A DNA stretch of 64,000 nt from the human T2T-CHM13v2.0 reference genome, Homo sapiens: the NCBI RefSeq assembly GCF_009914755.1, contig NC_060927.1; one strand, given 5' to 3'. Of this stretch, positions 15,340 to 32,913 are shown piece after piece. Under the pieces are notes generated by a model, which did no database searches, was not told where the DNA came from, and was given only the letters and a program-made list of their open reading frames with translations. The position numbers and the translations under genes were made by a program. Position 1 is the stretch's first letter. Each line of letters opens with the position of its first letter.

Positions 15340-17639
15340 CTATCAGAGAGCTTGGAGTTGGGAGAAGAATAATAAAACAAAACCCATATTCCTAGGTTGC
15401 TAAGACTTGCACCCAGATCTGTCAGCCTACAGAGTCCAATGTCATAACCATGGAACTCTACTGCCTCCCAAGCCTGAAAGTGCTATAAAATGACTCTTGA
15501 AATTTTAAAATCTCATATTTCTATGTAGCTTTCTTTTCCCAGATGTGCATGCACACCATTTCTCTTACCAATCAGCAGTGTGTGTGTGAGTGCTTGTGTG
15601 TGTGTGTGCACCTGTATGTTTTCTTTTTACTTTCTCCATGATAAATTTTTCCAGGTTGTCTCAATAATTCAATACACAAATGTCCTATTCTACATTTTAG
15701 ATATTCCTGTATCCAAATGTATTTTTTATAAAGCAGCTTTTACCTCCATAGGCCCAACTGGAAATTTTTTACATTTTAAAACCGTAGGCAAATGATAAAC
15801 ATTTCACTTGCTTCCCAACTTTCTCTCCCATGTGGAAACAGAAGCGGATATGTAGACTGCTTTCCTACATCCAAGTAAATAAAGATAAAATCTCTTTGGA
15901 AACGTACCATTTTGATAATGATCTTTTCCTACCCAAATTTCCATATTTGAAATTCTAAAGGGATCTAGAAAAACAGTTCCACCCAATAAACAATGTTTGC
16001 ATAGTTCTCTTTGCTAGAACTCCTTTGGAGATAACTCTGGAGATAAGTGTAAGTATAAATTGGATTTAAAAAGCAACTGCCATGTAAAGAAATCTGTTTC
16101 TAAGAGCAACTGAAATTACAAGAGTCATGTGAAAGAGTGCTGAGAACGCCATCTTTCCCTAAGCCCAGAGTTTGTCTCTTTTCTGAGTTATGTATCTGTT
16201 ATTTTGATGCAATTTCTTCTGATCTATATGTTGTGCTACTAAGGCAGCTGAAGAGGTGACAAAGTTTATTTGAACTAGGCAGTGGAAGCATCAACAGACA
16301 GCTTGGATCAAGTCAGAGGACACATACGAGTAGATTCAAAAGACAGTGGTAATTTAGCTTAACTCTAGATTATCTCTTACATTGAATTGCCAGTGCCAAC
16401 TATTGCATGGGAGTTATATTGCTTTCTTTAAATATTCATAAAGCCAGCAATAGCTGACACTCATGGATCTTCTAAAGTAGAAAGGTTCCCAAAAGAATGT
16501 TTAAAATATAAACTTGTTAAGAAACAAATCTAAAGGAAAATGTCCAAAGATATCCAGCAATTTACACTTCTATGGGAAAATGGCTATCGCTGGAGTTGTT
16601 CTCTGCGCCAGGCCCTTTTTATATATACTTGTTATCGTCTGCAGAGCAAGTATTAGTATCCATATTTAGAGAGGAGAAAGCAGTCCCAGGAAGAAAGGCT
16701 GAGTTATCCAAAGGCACACAGCTGATGACAATCGTGTTTATCTGGTACCAATCCCTGGGCTATTTTTTACTCTACTAGGCTTATTAACTTTCTTTCCAGA
16801 AGACTCCTTCTCCGGAACACTTCTCAGTGACTTCTTGGACTTCACAATTTTGTGTTGATTTACATCTTCATCTTTCTAACAAGGAATCAGATTCCCTCAA
16901 TAATTTCATTTCAGGCTATTTGTCATCAAGCTAACAACAAATGACTCCCTCAGGATGGAGTTATGTTGATGTGTCTACTAATCACTCCCCTGGTTTGCAG
17001 ATCTTGGTTGCATTCAGTCTCTGGTCACAGAAGAGGCACTTTCGATCTCATATGATAGTTTGTGGAGCAGGGATAGAAATTATGAAGGACATGTTCTATC
17101 CTCCTGCCTCTGTCAGCCAAGAAGACCTTGATCATCTGTCATGCATGGTAACGTTCTCTACAGACCTCAGGCTTGGCCTCAGAATCCTTCTCAATCTAAC
17201 ACCCCACACAAACCAATCCATTAAAATTGACAAGTGAGATGAAATTCAATTGCTATCACCTATACAGGAAAACCTTCTTTATGCCTACCAGATACAGAAA
17301 CCTTTCTTAATTAGTAAAGTGTCCCAAAATAATAACTTCCAAGTATACAGAGCTAGAATTCAAATTATCTTATGAAGTCAAAATTTAACCCATAATCAAG
17401 AAGAATTTGTAATTAAATCAGAGAGCTGACTAAATAGGCATTAAAGTTTACTTTAAATATAACCAAAGAGGCACCTAGGGCTATATCTCAAAAAAAAAAA
17501 AAAAAAAAAAAAAAGGCAGAGGTATCTGGAAACCCAAATTCTTTGTCTGCTTTTATTGGGCCTTGGGTCTTTAGTATATCAAATGCAACTCAGAATCACC
17601 CAATTAATCAAAGGAGCTGTTAAAAATCATCTGATTATC

Positions 17640-18850
<1,211 letters not shown>

Positions 18851-20247
18851 TTTTTTTTAATTGTCTGATTATAAATCCAGGGAGATCAAATTTTCTCTTC
18901 TCTTGTTCAAAGCCCTTTTTATTTTTATTCATTCATGTAACAAAAGCTTACTGAGTGCCAGCCCTCTGCCAGCCACAGTGCTTGATGCTGAGGTTGCCGG
19001 CAATGACCGTGGCAGAGGGTATCTCTGCCCTCACTGAGTGCTCAGCTTAGCTGTCTTCATTCATGCATGCATCCCTGGGCAGTAGCCTCCTGCTGGAAGC
19101 TCAGCCGTGGCCTAAGGGGAGAGGCCCCTAAACCTCCAGTCTCTTGCTGTAGCTGCTGCTCCAGACAGCTCCGAACGGTTCCTCATACCTCTTTTTTTAA
19201 CCACGTGGTGCATTTAACAGCCAACCTGATAAATCTAAAGGAAAAAAGTCCCAAGCACAAATATGATTTTTCAAGTGTTGGGAAAAGCCACATTATTTCA
19301 TGGAGAACTCCACTGTAATTCCTTGAAAGCTTTAGTTACTCTAAATTGAGTGTAGCAGACACATACTTAAATGTTTGGAAAGTTTTACCTTACTTAATTT
19401 CTCTAATTTTTTTAAAGAGAAAGAAACAAGATTAAGGGAAATGGGAGTATGTGTTAAAGGGTGGGAAGAAGTTAGAGAAGTAAATACTGAGTATTTATTC
19501 CCACAAGTGAAATGTGAATTTTTCCTTTGAGCTCCTCAGTGGACTTTGGCATAGTTTTGTGACTTAGGTATTTAAAATATTTGAATATTTAAGCTATAGG
19601 GTTTATTGTAAATGAACATAACACTAGAATATGATCCCTACTACACTATATACTCTCTATAGGCAGGGATTGTATCCATCCTCAGCACCCAACATAATGC
19701 CTGGTGCAGAGGAGGCACTTGATAAATATTTAAGGAGTCAATAAATAAGCAAACAACTGATCGGGAGACTATAGAATTATAATTACTAGATGATGCTACT
19801 TTCTATATTTAGCATTTTCCTTTTACCTGTGCATTTGATTTAAGATTGCACTGCTCCAGTGCTTTCTCTATCAATTTCAATGTACATAAAATTTTCTCTG
19901 GACATTACTTGGCTTAGGTGATTTCCTTCCTGGCATTTTCATGCTTTGATCTGGAAAAAAAACTTGTCTGCAGCTTTGAAGGATACTATAAACCTGAAAA
20001 TACATTTTAAAATATTGGTTTTACATTTCAGGTCTGCAATAAATAAAAGACTGATTTACAAAATGTAGTCTAATCTTGAAGAATATGATGGAACAAGAAA
20101 ACTTGACTAAACCCAGGGCTCCAATCGTAAAGGCAGATGGATTCCAGCCACCCTTCTCCTAACACGCTGGCCTTCAGAGAAAAAACTATGGAGGCAGGAA
20201 TTGTATCAAAATCCTCAGCCTGCACAGCCTCCTGGGAAGAAGGGGAC

Positions 20248-20603
20248 TGTTATGGACAGAATGTTTTGTCTTGCTCCGAAATTCATATGTTGAAATCCTA
20301 ACACACAATGTGATGGTATTTGGAGGTAGAGCCTTTGGGAGGTAATTGGGTCATGAGGGTGAAATCCTCATAAATGGGATTAGTGAGTGCCCTTATAAGA
20401 AGAAACCAGAAAGCTAACTAGCTCTTTATCTGCCATTTCATGAGAAATGGGAAGTTTACAATCCAGAAGAGGGCCCTCAGCAGAACCCAACTATGCTGGC
20501 ATCCTGATCTCAAACTTCCAGCCTCCAGAACTGTGGACTATTTCTGTTGTTTATAAGCCACCAGTCTATCGTACTTTGTTATAGCAGCCCAAACTGATTA
20601 AGA
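20248..20603 (+). mobile_element. MLT1A-like LTR
   Basis: tgttatggacagaatg...aattcatatgttgaaatccta...ttgttatagcagcccaaactgattaagac. Confidence 0.8.
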
Positions 20604-22289
20604 CGGGGAACAAATGGACATCTGCTGGTTTTGCCTGCTGAGAATTCTTGCTCTGTTAGTTAAAAGCATCCTGACTTTCCTTTGGATATACAGAAACCAC
20701 TGAAAGCAGTTTTGGTGGACTGTCAATCATAGCCCTACCTAGTCCAGAGATAAACACATGCAATAAGCAAGACCAATAAATGTTTTCTTCTAAGAATCTG
20801 AATCATGAACTGTAAAACACAAGGACAGAAAAAGATTACAACATAATCATTCCAACAGTGTTCTTAGTTTCTGATTCCTATATTTCAGGACCTGTGTAGA
20901 TTCTTATCCTTTGAGCTACCTCATATCTTTCCTTTAAATCCTTGTTTTGATTTTGTTTTTGTGTTTTATATAGATTGACCAGAATCGGTTGTTTCTGCTG
21001 CTCACAACCAAAAAATCCTGTTCATGCTGAAACTAAGGTTCCGACTACTTTGAAGTTGAAAGTTATCGAAAATTATCTGGTGACTTGAGGTTAAGATAGA
21101 GCATGGTAAGACCTACTTTAAACCCAATGGCACAATTTAAAAAAATAGAACATGGAAGTAACAAAAAAAGAAGACATTTTCTTATGTGATGAGAGCAGGC
21201 GTTTCAGACCTGCCATGGCCCCACTCTGAGCCCATTGATGAGCTCAGGGATTAGGGTTCTTTCTACCCCAGATTGCTTACTCCACACAAAATGCTAGGAT
21301 CTCCACTTTAGCAGGTACTTCTATGGAATGCAGAGGCCATTTGGAAGCTATGTCCTCTCAGTGGGCTCTGCATGTGTGTCCTTTGCATTGAGTACTTGCT
21401 GATTCAGTGTTATAATGAGGAAAAGACCATTTTAAACCAAGTCCAAGTCATCTTTTACTCCAGGATCCAAGTTCAGTCCACTTTTTGTGGCCTGGCCCAG
21501 CCCAGGGATGGCTGTAATCAAGGTCATAGAGATGGGAAGAAGGGACAAGGAGGCTCCCAAGAGGGAATATTGTGTGGCTGGGAAGGACCATGAGTACTGA
21601 CCTGTGTACCAGGAGTCAGTTGGATGGAAACTTTTAAAATAGACCCAGTAGGCAGCTAAATCAGAACCTGCCTCATGCATCTCTGCTTCTTAGTGGTAAA
21701 CATCAACCCACAGGAACTGGCAGTATGCAAGAAACTAATGAGTTATAACCCTCAGGCCCACCAGTCCAGCAAAGAGCCCTGTTCCTTAAGTGTAACTCGG
21801 AGTGAAGATGTGCACCCCCTGGAGGGGCCATTGAGGCCTATTTTGGGGTTGGCTGCAGCAACAGCAGCAACAAAAGCCACCAGGGCAGGCAGATCGGCCC
21901 AAGCCACATCTCTTTCAACTACAGATTAACTTTCCAAGTGCTGGTTTTGCCAGCAGCAGCAGCATGAATGAGAGATCATGAAAAGCAGGCATATGTGGCC
22001 ACTTGGGTGTCTTTTCAAATGCACAGGTTTTATTAGGAGATGGTGCCAGGTCTCTAGATCTGACAGGAGCAGCAAATTCTGGAGCAGGCAGCATCCTGGA
22101 CAATGGTTGAGAGTCCTCAAGCCTCCAAGAGACACACATAAATTGTACACCTGAGATGAGAGCTCTCAGAACCAACCCTGAAGATCTGGCAGCTATTAAG
22201 AAAAGAAATCCTAGACAGAGGAAAAGGAGTAACAGCAGACTTGAGGGGAAGATAACCAGTTTGTTTGGTGCACTGCTGAGTTTGCTGTG

Positions 22290-24583
22290 TGACGTAGAAT
22301 ATATATCCCTGCCAAATCTCATGCTGAATTGTAATTCCCAATGTTGAAGGTGGGCCTGGTGGGAGATGTTTGGGTTATAGGGGTGGAACCCTCATGGCTT
22401 GGTGCTGTCCTCACAATAGTGAGTGAGTCCACACAAGATCTGGTTGTTTAAGTGTGTGGCACCTCCTCCCCACTCTCTGCTCTTGCTTTCGCCATGTGAT
22501 GTGCCTGCTCTGGCTCCTGCTTTGCCTTCACCATGAGTAAAAGCTCTCTGAGGCCTCCCCAGAAGCCGAGCAGATGCTAGTGCCATGCTTGTACAGCCTG
22601 CAGAAACATAAGCCAATTAAATCTCTTTTCTTTATAAATTATCCAGTCTCAGGTATTCCTTTATAGCAATGCAAGAATGGCCTAATGCAGAAAATTGGTA
22701 CCAGGGAGTAGGCATTGCTATAAAGATACCTGAAAATGTGGAAGCAACTTTGGAACTGGGTAATGGGAAGAGTTTGGGTGGCTCAGAAGAAGACAGGAAG
22801 ACAAGGGAAAGTTTGGAATTTTTAATAGCCTGGTTAAAATCCTGATAGTGATATGGACAATAAAGTCCAGGCTTACGAGGTCTCAAATGGAAATGAGGAA
22901 TTTTATTGGGAGCTAAAGCAAAGGTCACCCATTTTATGCTTCAGCCAAGAACCTGGCTGCGTTCTGTTTATGCCCTAGGGTTCTATGAAAGTTTGAGCTT
23001 CAGAGTGATGGTTTTGGATATCTGGCAGAAGAAATTTCTAAGTAACAAAGCATTTGAGAAGTGGCATGGCTTCTTTTAATAACCTATGCTCAGATTTGAT
23101 AGCAAATAAATGACTTAAAGTGGGAATTTATATTTAAAGGGAAAGCAGAGCATAAAATTTGGAAAATTTGCAGCCTGGCCATGTGGCAGAGAAAGAAAAA
23201 GCTTTTTCAGGAGAGAAAGTCAAGCAGGCTGTAGAGCAATCATTTGCTAGAGAAATTTGCATAACTAAAAATGAGCCAAGTGCTAATAGCCAAGACAATG
23301 GAAAAAAGGCCTTGAAGGCATTTCAGAGATCTCTGAGGCTGTCTCTGCCATTAGAGGCCCTTAGGCCTAGGAAGACTGAATGGTTTTATGGGCTAGGTCC
23401 CCAGCCCCACTGCCCTGTGCAGTCTTTGGGACAGTGCTCCCTGTGTCCCTGGGACAATGCTCCCTACATCCGGGCACTCTGGCTCCAACTCAGCTCAAAG
23501 GTCCCCAGATACAACTTGGACTCCTGCTTCAAAGGGTGCAAGCCATAAACCTTGGTGGCTTCCACATGGCATTAAGCCTGCAGGTGCACAGAGTGCAATA
23601 GAGAAGGGGGCTTGGCAGCCTCTATCTAGATTTCAGAGGATGTATGAGAAAGCCAGGGGTGGAGTCCTCACAGAGAACCTCCACTAGAGCAGAACAGAGG
23701 GGAAATGTAGGGTTGGGTGCGCCACACAGAGTCCCCACTGGGACACTTTCTAGTGGAGCTGTGGGAAAGGGGCCACCATCCTGCAGATCCCAGAATGGTA
23801 GATCCACTGGCAGCTTGCACCCTGCACCTGGAAAAGCCACTGGCACTCAACAATCTGTGATGGCAGCTGTGCAGATTGAACCCTGCAAAGCCACAGGGAT
23901 GAAGCTGCCCAAGGCTGGGGAGCCCAACCTTTGCACCAGTGTACTCTGAATGTGGGATATGTAGTCAAAGAAGATTATTTTGGAGCTTTAAGATTTAATG
24001 ACTGCCCTGTTGGATTTTGAACTTGCAGGGTCATAGGTAGAAGGAATGCATTTCCACATGAGATTTTGGACTTGGGACTTTTGATTGAGTTGATGCTGGA
24101 ACAAGTTAAGATTTTGGGGGGCTGTTGAGAAGCCATGATTGTATTTTGTAATGTAATAAGGACATGAGATTTGAGGGGCCAGGGACAGAATTATATAGTT
24201 TGAATATATGTCCCTGCCAAATCTCATGTTGGATTGCCAATCCCCAATGTTGAAAGTAGGGCCTGGTGGGAGGTGTTTGGGTCATAGGAGCAGATCCCTT
24301 GTGGCTTGGTGCTGTCCTTGCAATAGTGAGTTAGTTCTCACAAGATCTGGTATTGTTGCACCTCCCACACCTTCACTCTCTCTTTGCTTTCACCATGCGA
24401 AGTGCCTGCTCCTGCTTCACCTTCTGCTATGAGTAAAAGCCCTGAGGCCTCCCCAGAAGCTGACTAGATGCTGGTACCATGTTTGTACAACCTGCAGAAC
24501 CATGAGCCAATTAAATCTCTTTTTTTAATAAATTGCCCAGTCTCTGGTATTTCTTTATAGTAGTGCAAGAATGGCCTAATACA
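22290..24583 (+). mobile_element. Complete MST-family MaLR provirus (LTR 22290-22689, internal, LTR 24191-24583)
   Basis: Two homologous LTRs; internal start gaaaattggtacc; purine tract before the 3' LTR; 5-bp TSD CTGTG at 22285-22289 and 24584-24588. Confidence 0.9.
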
Positions 24584-24827
24584 CTGTGTCTGCAGGATAT
24601 AAAGGCAGAAATATCTACTTGGTAGTTGTTTCTACTTGGTTGGAGTCCAAGAGAAATGTCAAAGCTGAAGACATGGGTATAGGTAGGAGTCAAAGACATG
24701 GAACTGGATGGTGTGCACCACAGAAAATGCATCAGGAGAGGAAAGTGAAAGGTTAAGGAAACTTGGGTAATTCCAAAATTTAAAAAATTATAACATGAAG
24801 AAGAAAAGAGAAGGGGTGATCAAAGAT

Positions 24828-25029
24828 CAGGTTTCTAAATCTCAGCACAATTGATATTTGGGCCCGCATAATCCTTTGTCTCAGAGGGCTGTCCTTGGCA
24901 TTTGTTTAGCAACAGCACTGGCCTCTGCTCACTAGAAGCACTCTCCTCCCTGTTTTGACAATCAAAAATGCCTCCAGATACTCCCAAATGCCTTTGTGGG
25001 TAAAATTGTCCCTGATCGAAAACCATTGA
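24828..25029 (-). mobile_element. MER20, diverged
   Basis: Reverse-complement MER20 termini caggtttctaaatctcagcac...gaaaaccattg. Confidence 0.7.
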
Positions 25030-25704
25030 TCAAAGATCTAAGAGGAAAACAGGAAACAAAGTGTGTCACAGAAGCCAAGGGCTTGAAAAATAGTTAACAA
25101 TGTTAAAATCCTAAGAGATATTGAGTAAAACGAGAACCAAAGGAACCAGTGTTTGTCCAGAAAGTCATTGGTGAACCAATCAAAAGCAGTTTCAGTGGAA
25201 CAATTAAGGAAGGACACCAGACTGGCTGAATGTCCATCCAACAAATAAACAGTAAATGACATTCACCAGTTAAAAGGGTATTTGGTTGAACTAGGTGATC
25301 ATTTTAAGGTTCCTTCCAACCCTGAAATTGTGTCATTCCAAATGGTCTCCAAGGAAGATCTTTCAGGATCCCTCAAGCCCTGGGCTGCTGGTGGCTGCTC
25401 ACAAGTTGACATGTCAAACTAGCATGTCTCTGCTTGCCTTACTCAGGTCACAGGAAATAAAAATCCAAGGGGAATTGCTATGCGATCCGGACCCAATCCA
25501 TGATAAAAACTAAAATATGGTTTTCTTTATGTCATCACATAACCAACTGTTAAGCAATAGAATGTGTTAGACTTTAAAGGCAGTTGCGATTTACAGAGAG
25601 GCTGAGTTCATAAGTAAAGTCCAGGTTTAAGGTTGGTCTGAGGAGAAAGGGCCATGGGGCTGAAGTTGCCCAGGGTCTGCTGGAAGTATGTGAGCATTGT
25701 CAAG

Positions 25705-26072
25705 TGTATTAGTCCATTTTCACACTACTATAAAGATACTACCCAAGACTGGGTAATTTATAAAGGAGAGAGGTTTCATTGACTCACAGTTCTGCGTGGC
25801 TGGCGAGGCCTCAGGAAATTTACAGTCGTGGAAGGCAAAGAAACAGCAAGCACCTTCTTCACAAGGCAGCAAGAAAGAGAGAAGAGAGAGTGAAGGGGGA
25901 AGAGACCCTTATAAAACCACCTGATCCCATGAGAACTAACTACTATCATGAGAACAGCATGAGGGAAACCACCTCTGTGATCCAGTCACCCCCCACCATG
26001 TCCCTCCCTCAACATCTAGGGGTTACAACTGGAGATGAGACTTGGGTGGGGACACAGAGCCAAATCATAACA
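25705..26072 (-). mobile_element. THE1-family solo LTR
   Basis: tgtattagtccattttcacac...gggtggggacacagagccaaatcataaca. Confidence 0.88.
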
Positions 26073-26344
26073 TCCAACACCTCTAGACTTGATCCTGTGG
26101 GCTGGATCAGATGAGGAGAGTCCTGTCTGCAGATCAAACCCACAGTGGCTGGAGTGCACTAACTGTGCCATGGAATGCCTGCATAGTAATTGACCTTCAC
26201 AATTGCAGCACTCTTCTCAGGCTTTTGAACAATCAAACTAACTTCTATATGAGTAAAAAAGAAATTAAAAGCAAAGATCAGATTTTCAAACTAATTCAGA
26301 AAGAAAGGATAGCAGAGATTCTGTTTTTAAAATGCTGAATTGAA

Positions 26345-26640
26345 GGCTGGGCATGGTGGCTGACATCTATAATCCCACCACTTCTGGGAGGATCACTTGA
26401 GGCCTGGAGTTTGAGACCAACCTGGGAAACATGGCGAGACCTCATCTCTACAAAAAAATTAGCTGGGTGTGGTGGCATGTGCTTGTAGTCCCAGCTACTT
26501 AGGAGGCTGAGGCAGGAGGATCGACTGAGCCCAGGAGATCAAGGCTGTGATGATCCGAGATGGCACCGCACTATACTCCAGCCTGGGCAATAGAGTGAGG
26601 CCCTGACTCAAAAAAATAAAAATAAAAAAATAAAAAAAAA
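26345..26640 (+). mobile_element. AluJ
   Basis: Diverged dimeric Alu with A tail. Confidence 0.85.
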
Positions 26641-27927
26641 GCAGAATTGAGAAACAAGAATTTTATTCCTGGCTTAGTTACTAACAAAGGGTGAGTCACC
26701 TCCCTTCTCTGCATTCAGTTTCCACACCTGAAAAATAGGGGTTTGAGCCAAGATGCTTTTTGTTTCTGAAGTAGAGTCGGGGGTTCCTGATGTGTGTTTC
26801 CACTGTTGAAGTTCTTATTACACTTCATAGTATGGCTTGTTTAATTGAATGTCCTCCAATTAACAAGTGTAGTGACCTGTTCCACCACAGTCACTACAAT
26901 TCACTTGTCCACCACTGAATCCCCTGCAGCCTGCAGTCCTTGACAAATATCTGTTGAAGGAATCGATACTCCTACCTACAAAAGGCAGCTCTAGGGAAAA
27001 AGTTATTTGGTATAAATTTCAATACCATGAGCTAGGATCAGAGCCTCCCATCACACTTTGCTTCTTTAAGTTTTTATAAAAGCTCAGCTATGGGCTACAG
27101 TAAGTGGCAACATTCTAAAATACTTCCCACACCTCTGATATGGATATCACTACCATCCTATCTTATGACTTCCAACTAAAGCAAAATTGGAAGCTGCATC
27201 CCAAGTCAACTATTTTAAAAGACAAAAAATCCAACACTATTAATTCTGGTACGTTACTCACCTGCCCCAATGAGGTTAACTTGCCTTGGGACACCAGAAA
27301 ACGACGCACAAGATTTAATGGGTAAGGAATCTTACTTTGGAGTGACAGGAATGTTTTATAACCAGATAGAGGTGATGGTTGCACAATATTGGGGCTGTAA
27401 TTAATGCCACTGAATTGTTCCCTTAAAACTGTTTAATTTTATGTTATGTGATTTTCACCTCAATAAATTATTAAAAATAAGAAATATAGCACCTAAAATA
27501 TATTTTTATGTGAATTTGCTGTTTCAAAAAACCCACTTTATTAAACATTTACTTGAATACAAAAATGAATTCCAAATTAAATAATTCCTTCTGGAGAAAG
27601 GCCCAGAAAAAGAATATAGAGCTGCTTATAACTCATTGTTAATTTGCAAATGATGCTGAACCCTTGCCATGCTTCTGCATAATGTGGTTCAGTCAAGGGT
27701 TTGGTAATGAGCAGTTCATTTGGAGCCATTTTTCCAGAATAAAGGATGCTATTCATGAAATGATTCCTCAAGTATTTATAGTTATATGCCAATCTTTATT
27801 TTTTAGTTTATGGGGAGACTTCTTTTTGAAAGGCTTAATTTGGGACTTAAGAAATTTAAGGGGCCTCAGGTTGCTTCTCATTGATAACTGATCATTCCTT
27901 CTCCCCATATTCAATGTGTTTGAGTGG

Positions 27928-28272
27928 TGTAGTAGTTTTCTAAGGCTGCCATAACAAAATGCTAAAGACTGGGTGGTTTAAACAACAGAAATTAATTTTC
28001 TCATAGTCTGGAGACTAGAAGTCCAATATCAAGGTGTCGGCAGATTTGGTTTCCCCTGAGGCCTCTCTTCTTGGCTTGCAGATGAGCACCTTTTTGCTGT
28101 GTCTTCACATGGCCTTTCTCCTCTGTGCTCATCCTAATTCTTCTTGTGTCCAAATTTCCTCTTCTTATAAGGACGCCAGTCAGGTTAGATTAGGGCCCAC
28201 CTAATGGCCAAGGTTAGGGGTTACAGCTTCAACATATAAATTTTGAAGAAACACAGTTCAGCACATAACAAG
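27928..28272 (-). mobile_element. MLT1B/C-like LTR
   Basis: ggctgccataacaaaa...gactgggtggtttaaacaacagaaatt...agattagggcccacc. Confidence 0.8.
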
Positions 28273-29544
28273 CAGTATCTAAATGGACCCACCACATATT
28301 ACAAAAGTTTCTAATAATAATGCAATATTAAAGTAGATTCAACCTCAACATTGGCAAAGACAAGCAGCTTCATGATGCTTTTCCCGTTTTGCTTCTCCAG
28401 CCAAGAGGAGAAAAAAAGAAATATTTTAAATAGCATAAATCTGCTTTTGTTTTCCAAGGGTCTATTTTTTTCTTTTCCTAGGCAAGTCCTAGTTATAAAT
28501 AAAATAATCCTAATCAAGTTATTGATAATTTTAATATCCTTTTAATTAAGTACATGAGGTATTAAATATAAATTTAACTAAATCTGATTCCCATTGGGAA
28601 ATGAATGACTACTCTGAGGTGATTCACATTTGTAAAATGGCAATGATACTCATCTATGTCACTGGAAACACATAAAAATAATATACATCAACATTGATTG
28701 TAATCTATGAAATGCAACATTAATACAAGGTGAAATTATTAATAATGCCATTCAGTACAAACAAATGAAGAATGATGCAATTATATAAGAAATAAATTTG
28801 TGACAGAAAATTTCTCAGTTAATTTTTATGTAAGCTTTGCTTTTTTGGCTTAGTTTTATTTCAAGAATTATTGAATGAGTTTAGAAAGAGTAGTGAGTTG
28901 TAGGTATACGCCATTAAGCAAGTTGCTCCTTTCGTTAGCTAAGAAAAGAATCTGGAGGTGGGGGGTTAGGAAGGAAAGAAGCTCAACCAGATTCTAATCT
29001 CGTTTTTCCTTCTATGTACAGATTTTTTTTTTTTTGCATGAATTTGCTTGAACTCAATCAGCACTCCTTTTGTGAAAGAAATGAGCGGAATAAAGGGGAT
29101 TTGAGAATTGGGCAAGTGCCTATGGCAACACAACATTCTAAGGACTGACAGTGCACATCAATCTGTGCTATCTGATGGCAAATGAGAGAAGCTGGATGCA
29201 TGACTGGAGAAAGGTGGCAATCAGCTTCAATTTGTCTGCCGTAAATAAGGATTCACTTTCTTTCAACAGAAGTTCAAAGCTTTTCATTTTTATCTTTCCT
29301 ATCTGCATAAATGCCCACCAAAGAAACATTAGACTTAGAGAAGATCCTCACAATTCGTAATCGCTTTCTCTTTTTCTCTTGTTAGGTACATGTTGTGAAA
29401 TCCTGGAAGAAAGCTGAGTTGTTAACACCAATTACTTTAATCCTGATTTATTATTCAGCTTTGCAAATGTCAGTCCCCATATGTCTCTGCTTCTACACCT
29501 AACTTTGAAGGTTATACATAAGATAAAGATACACATATTACAAT

Positions 29545-32544
<3,000 letters not shown>

Positions 32545-32545
<1 letters not shown>

Positions 32546-32913
32546 AATTAGTTTTCTAGGGCTGCCATAACAAAACGAATTAAGCAACACAATTTTATTT
32601 TCTCATAAATCTGGAGGCTCAAAATTTGAATCAGCAGGCTTGATTTCTTCTGAGGCTTCTTTTCTTGGCTTATAGGTGGTTCTCTTCTCTAAATGTCTTC
32701 ACATGGTCTTCCCTCTGTACACATTCTGTGTCCAAATTTCCTCTTCTTAAAAGGACACCAGTCATATTAGATCAAGGACCACCCATGTGACCTCATTTTA
32801 ACAGAATTATCTCTTCAACAACCATATTTCCAAATACAGTCACATTCTGAGATACTGGAGGTTAGGACTCCAACATATGAATTTGGCACAGGAACACAAT
32901 TCAGCCCATAACG
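32545..32913 (-). mobile_element. MLT1B/C-like LTR
   Basis: Same family motifs as 27928-28272; ends acacaattcagcccataac. Confidence 0.8.

Noticed and set aside
14883-15403. K/E/R-rich and F/L/S-rich ORFs
   Set aside because: Translations of the GGAA/GAAA repeat.
23159-23968. Overlapping ORFs of 60-130 aa
   Set aside because: Decayed MaLR internal ORF fragments.
28280-29540. Repeat-poor unique stretch as a possible conserved enhancer or lncRNA exon
   Set aside because: No feature in the sequence alone supports it; conservation or chromatin data are needed.
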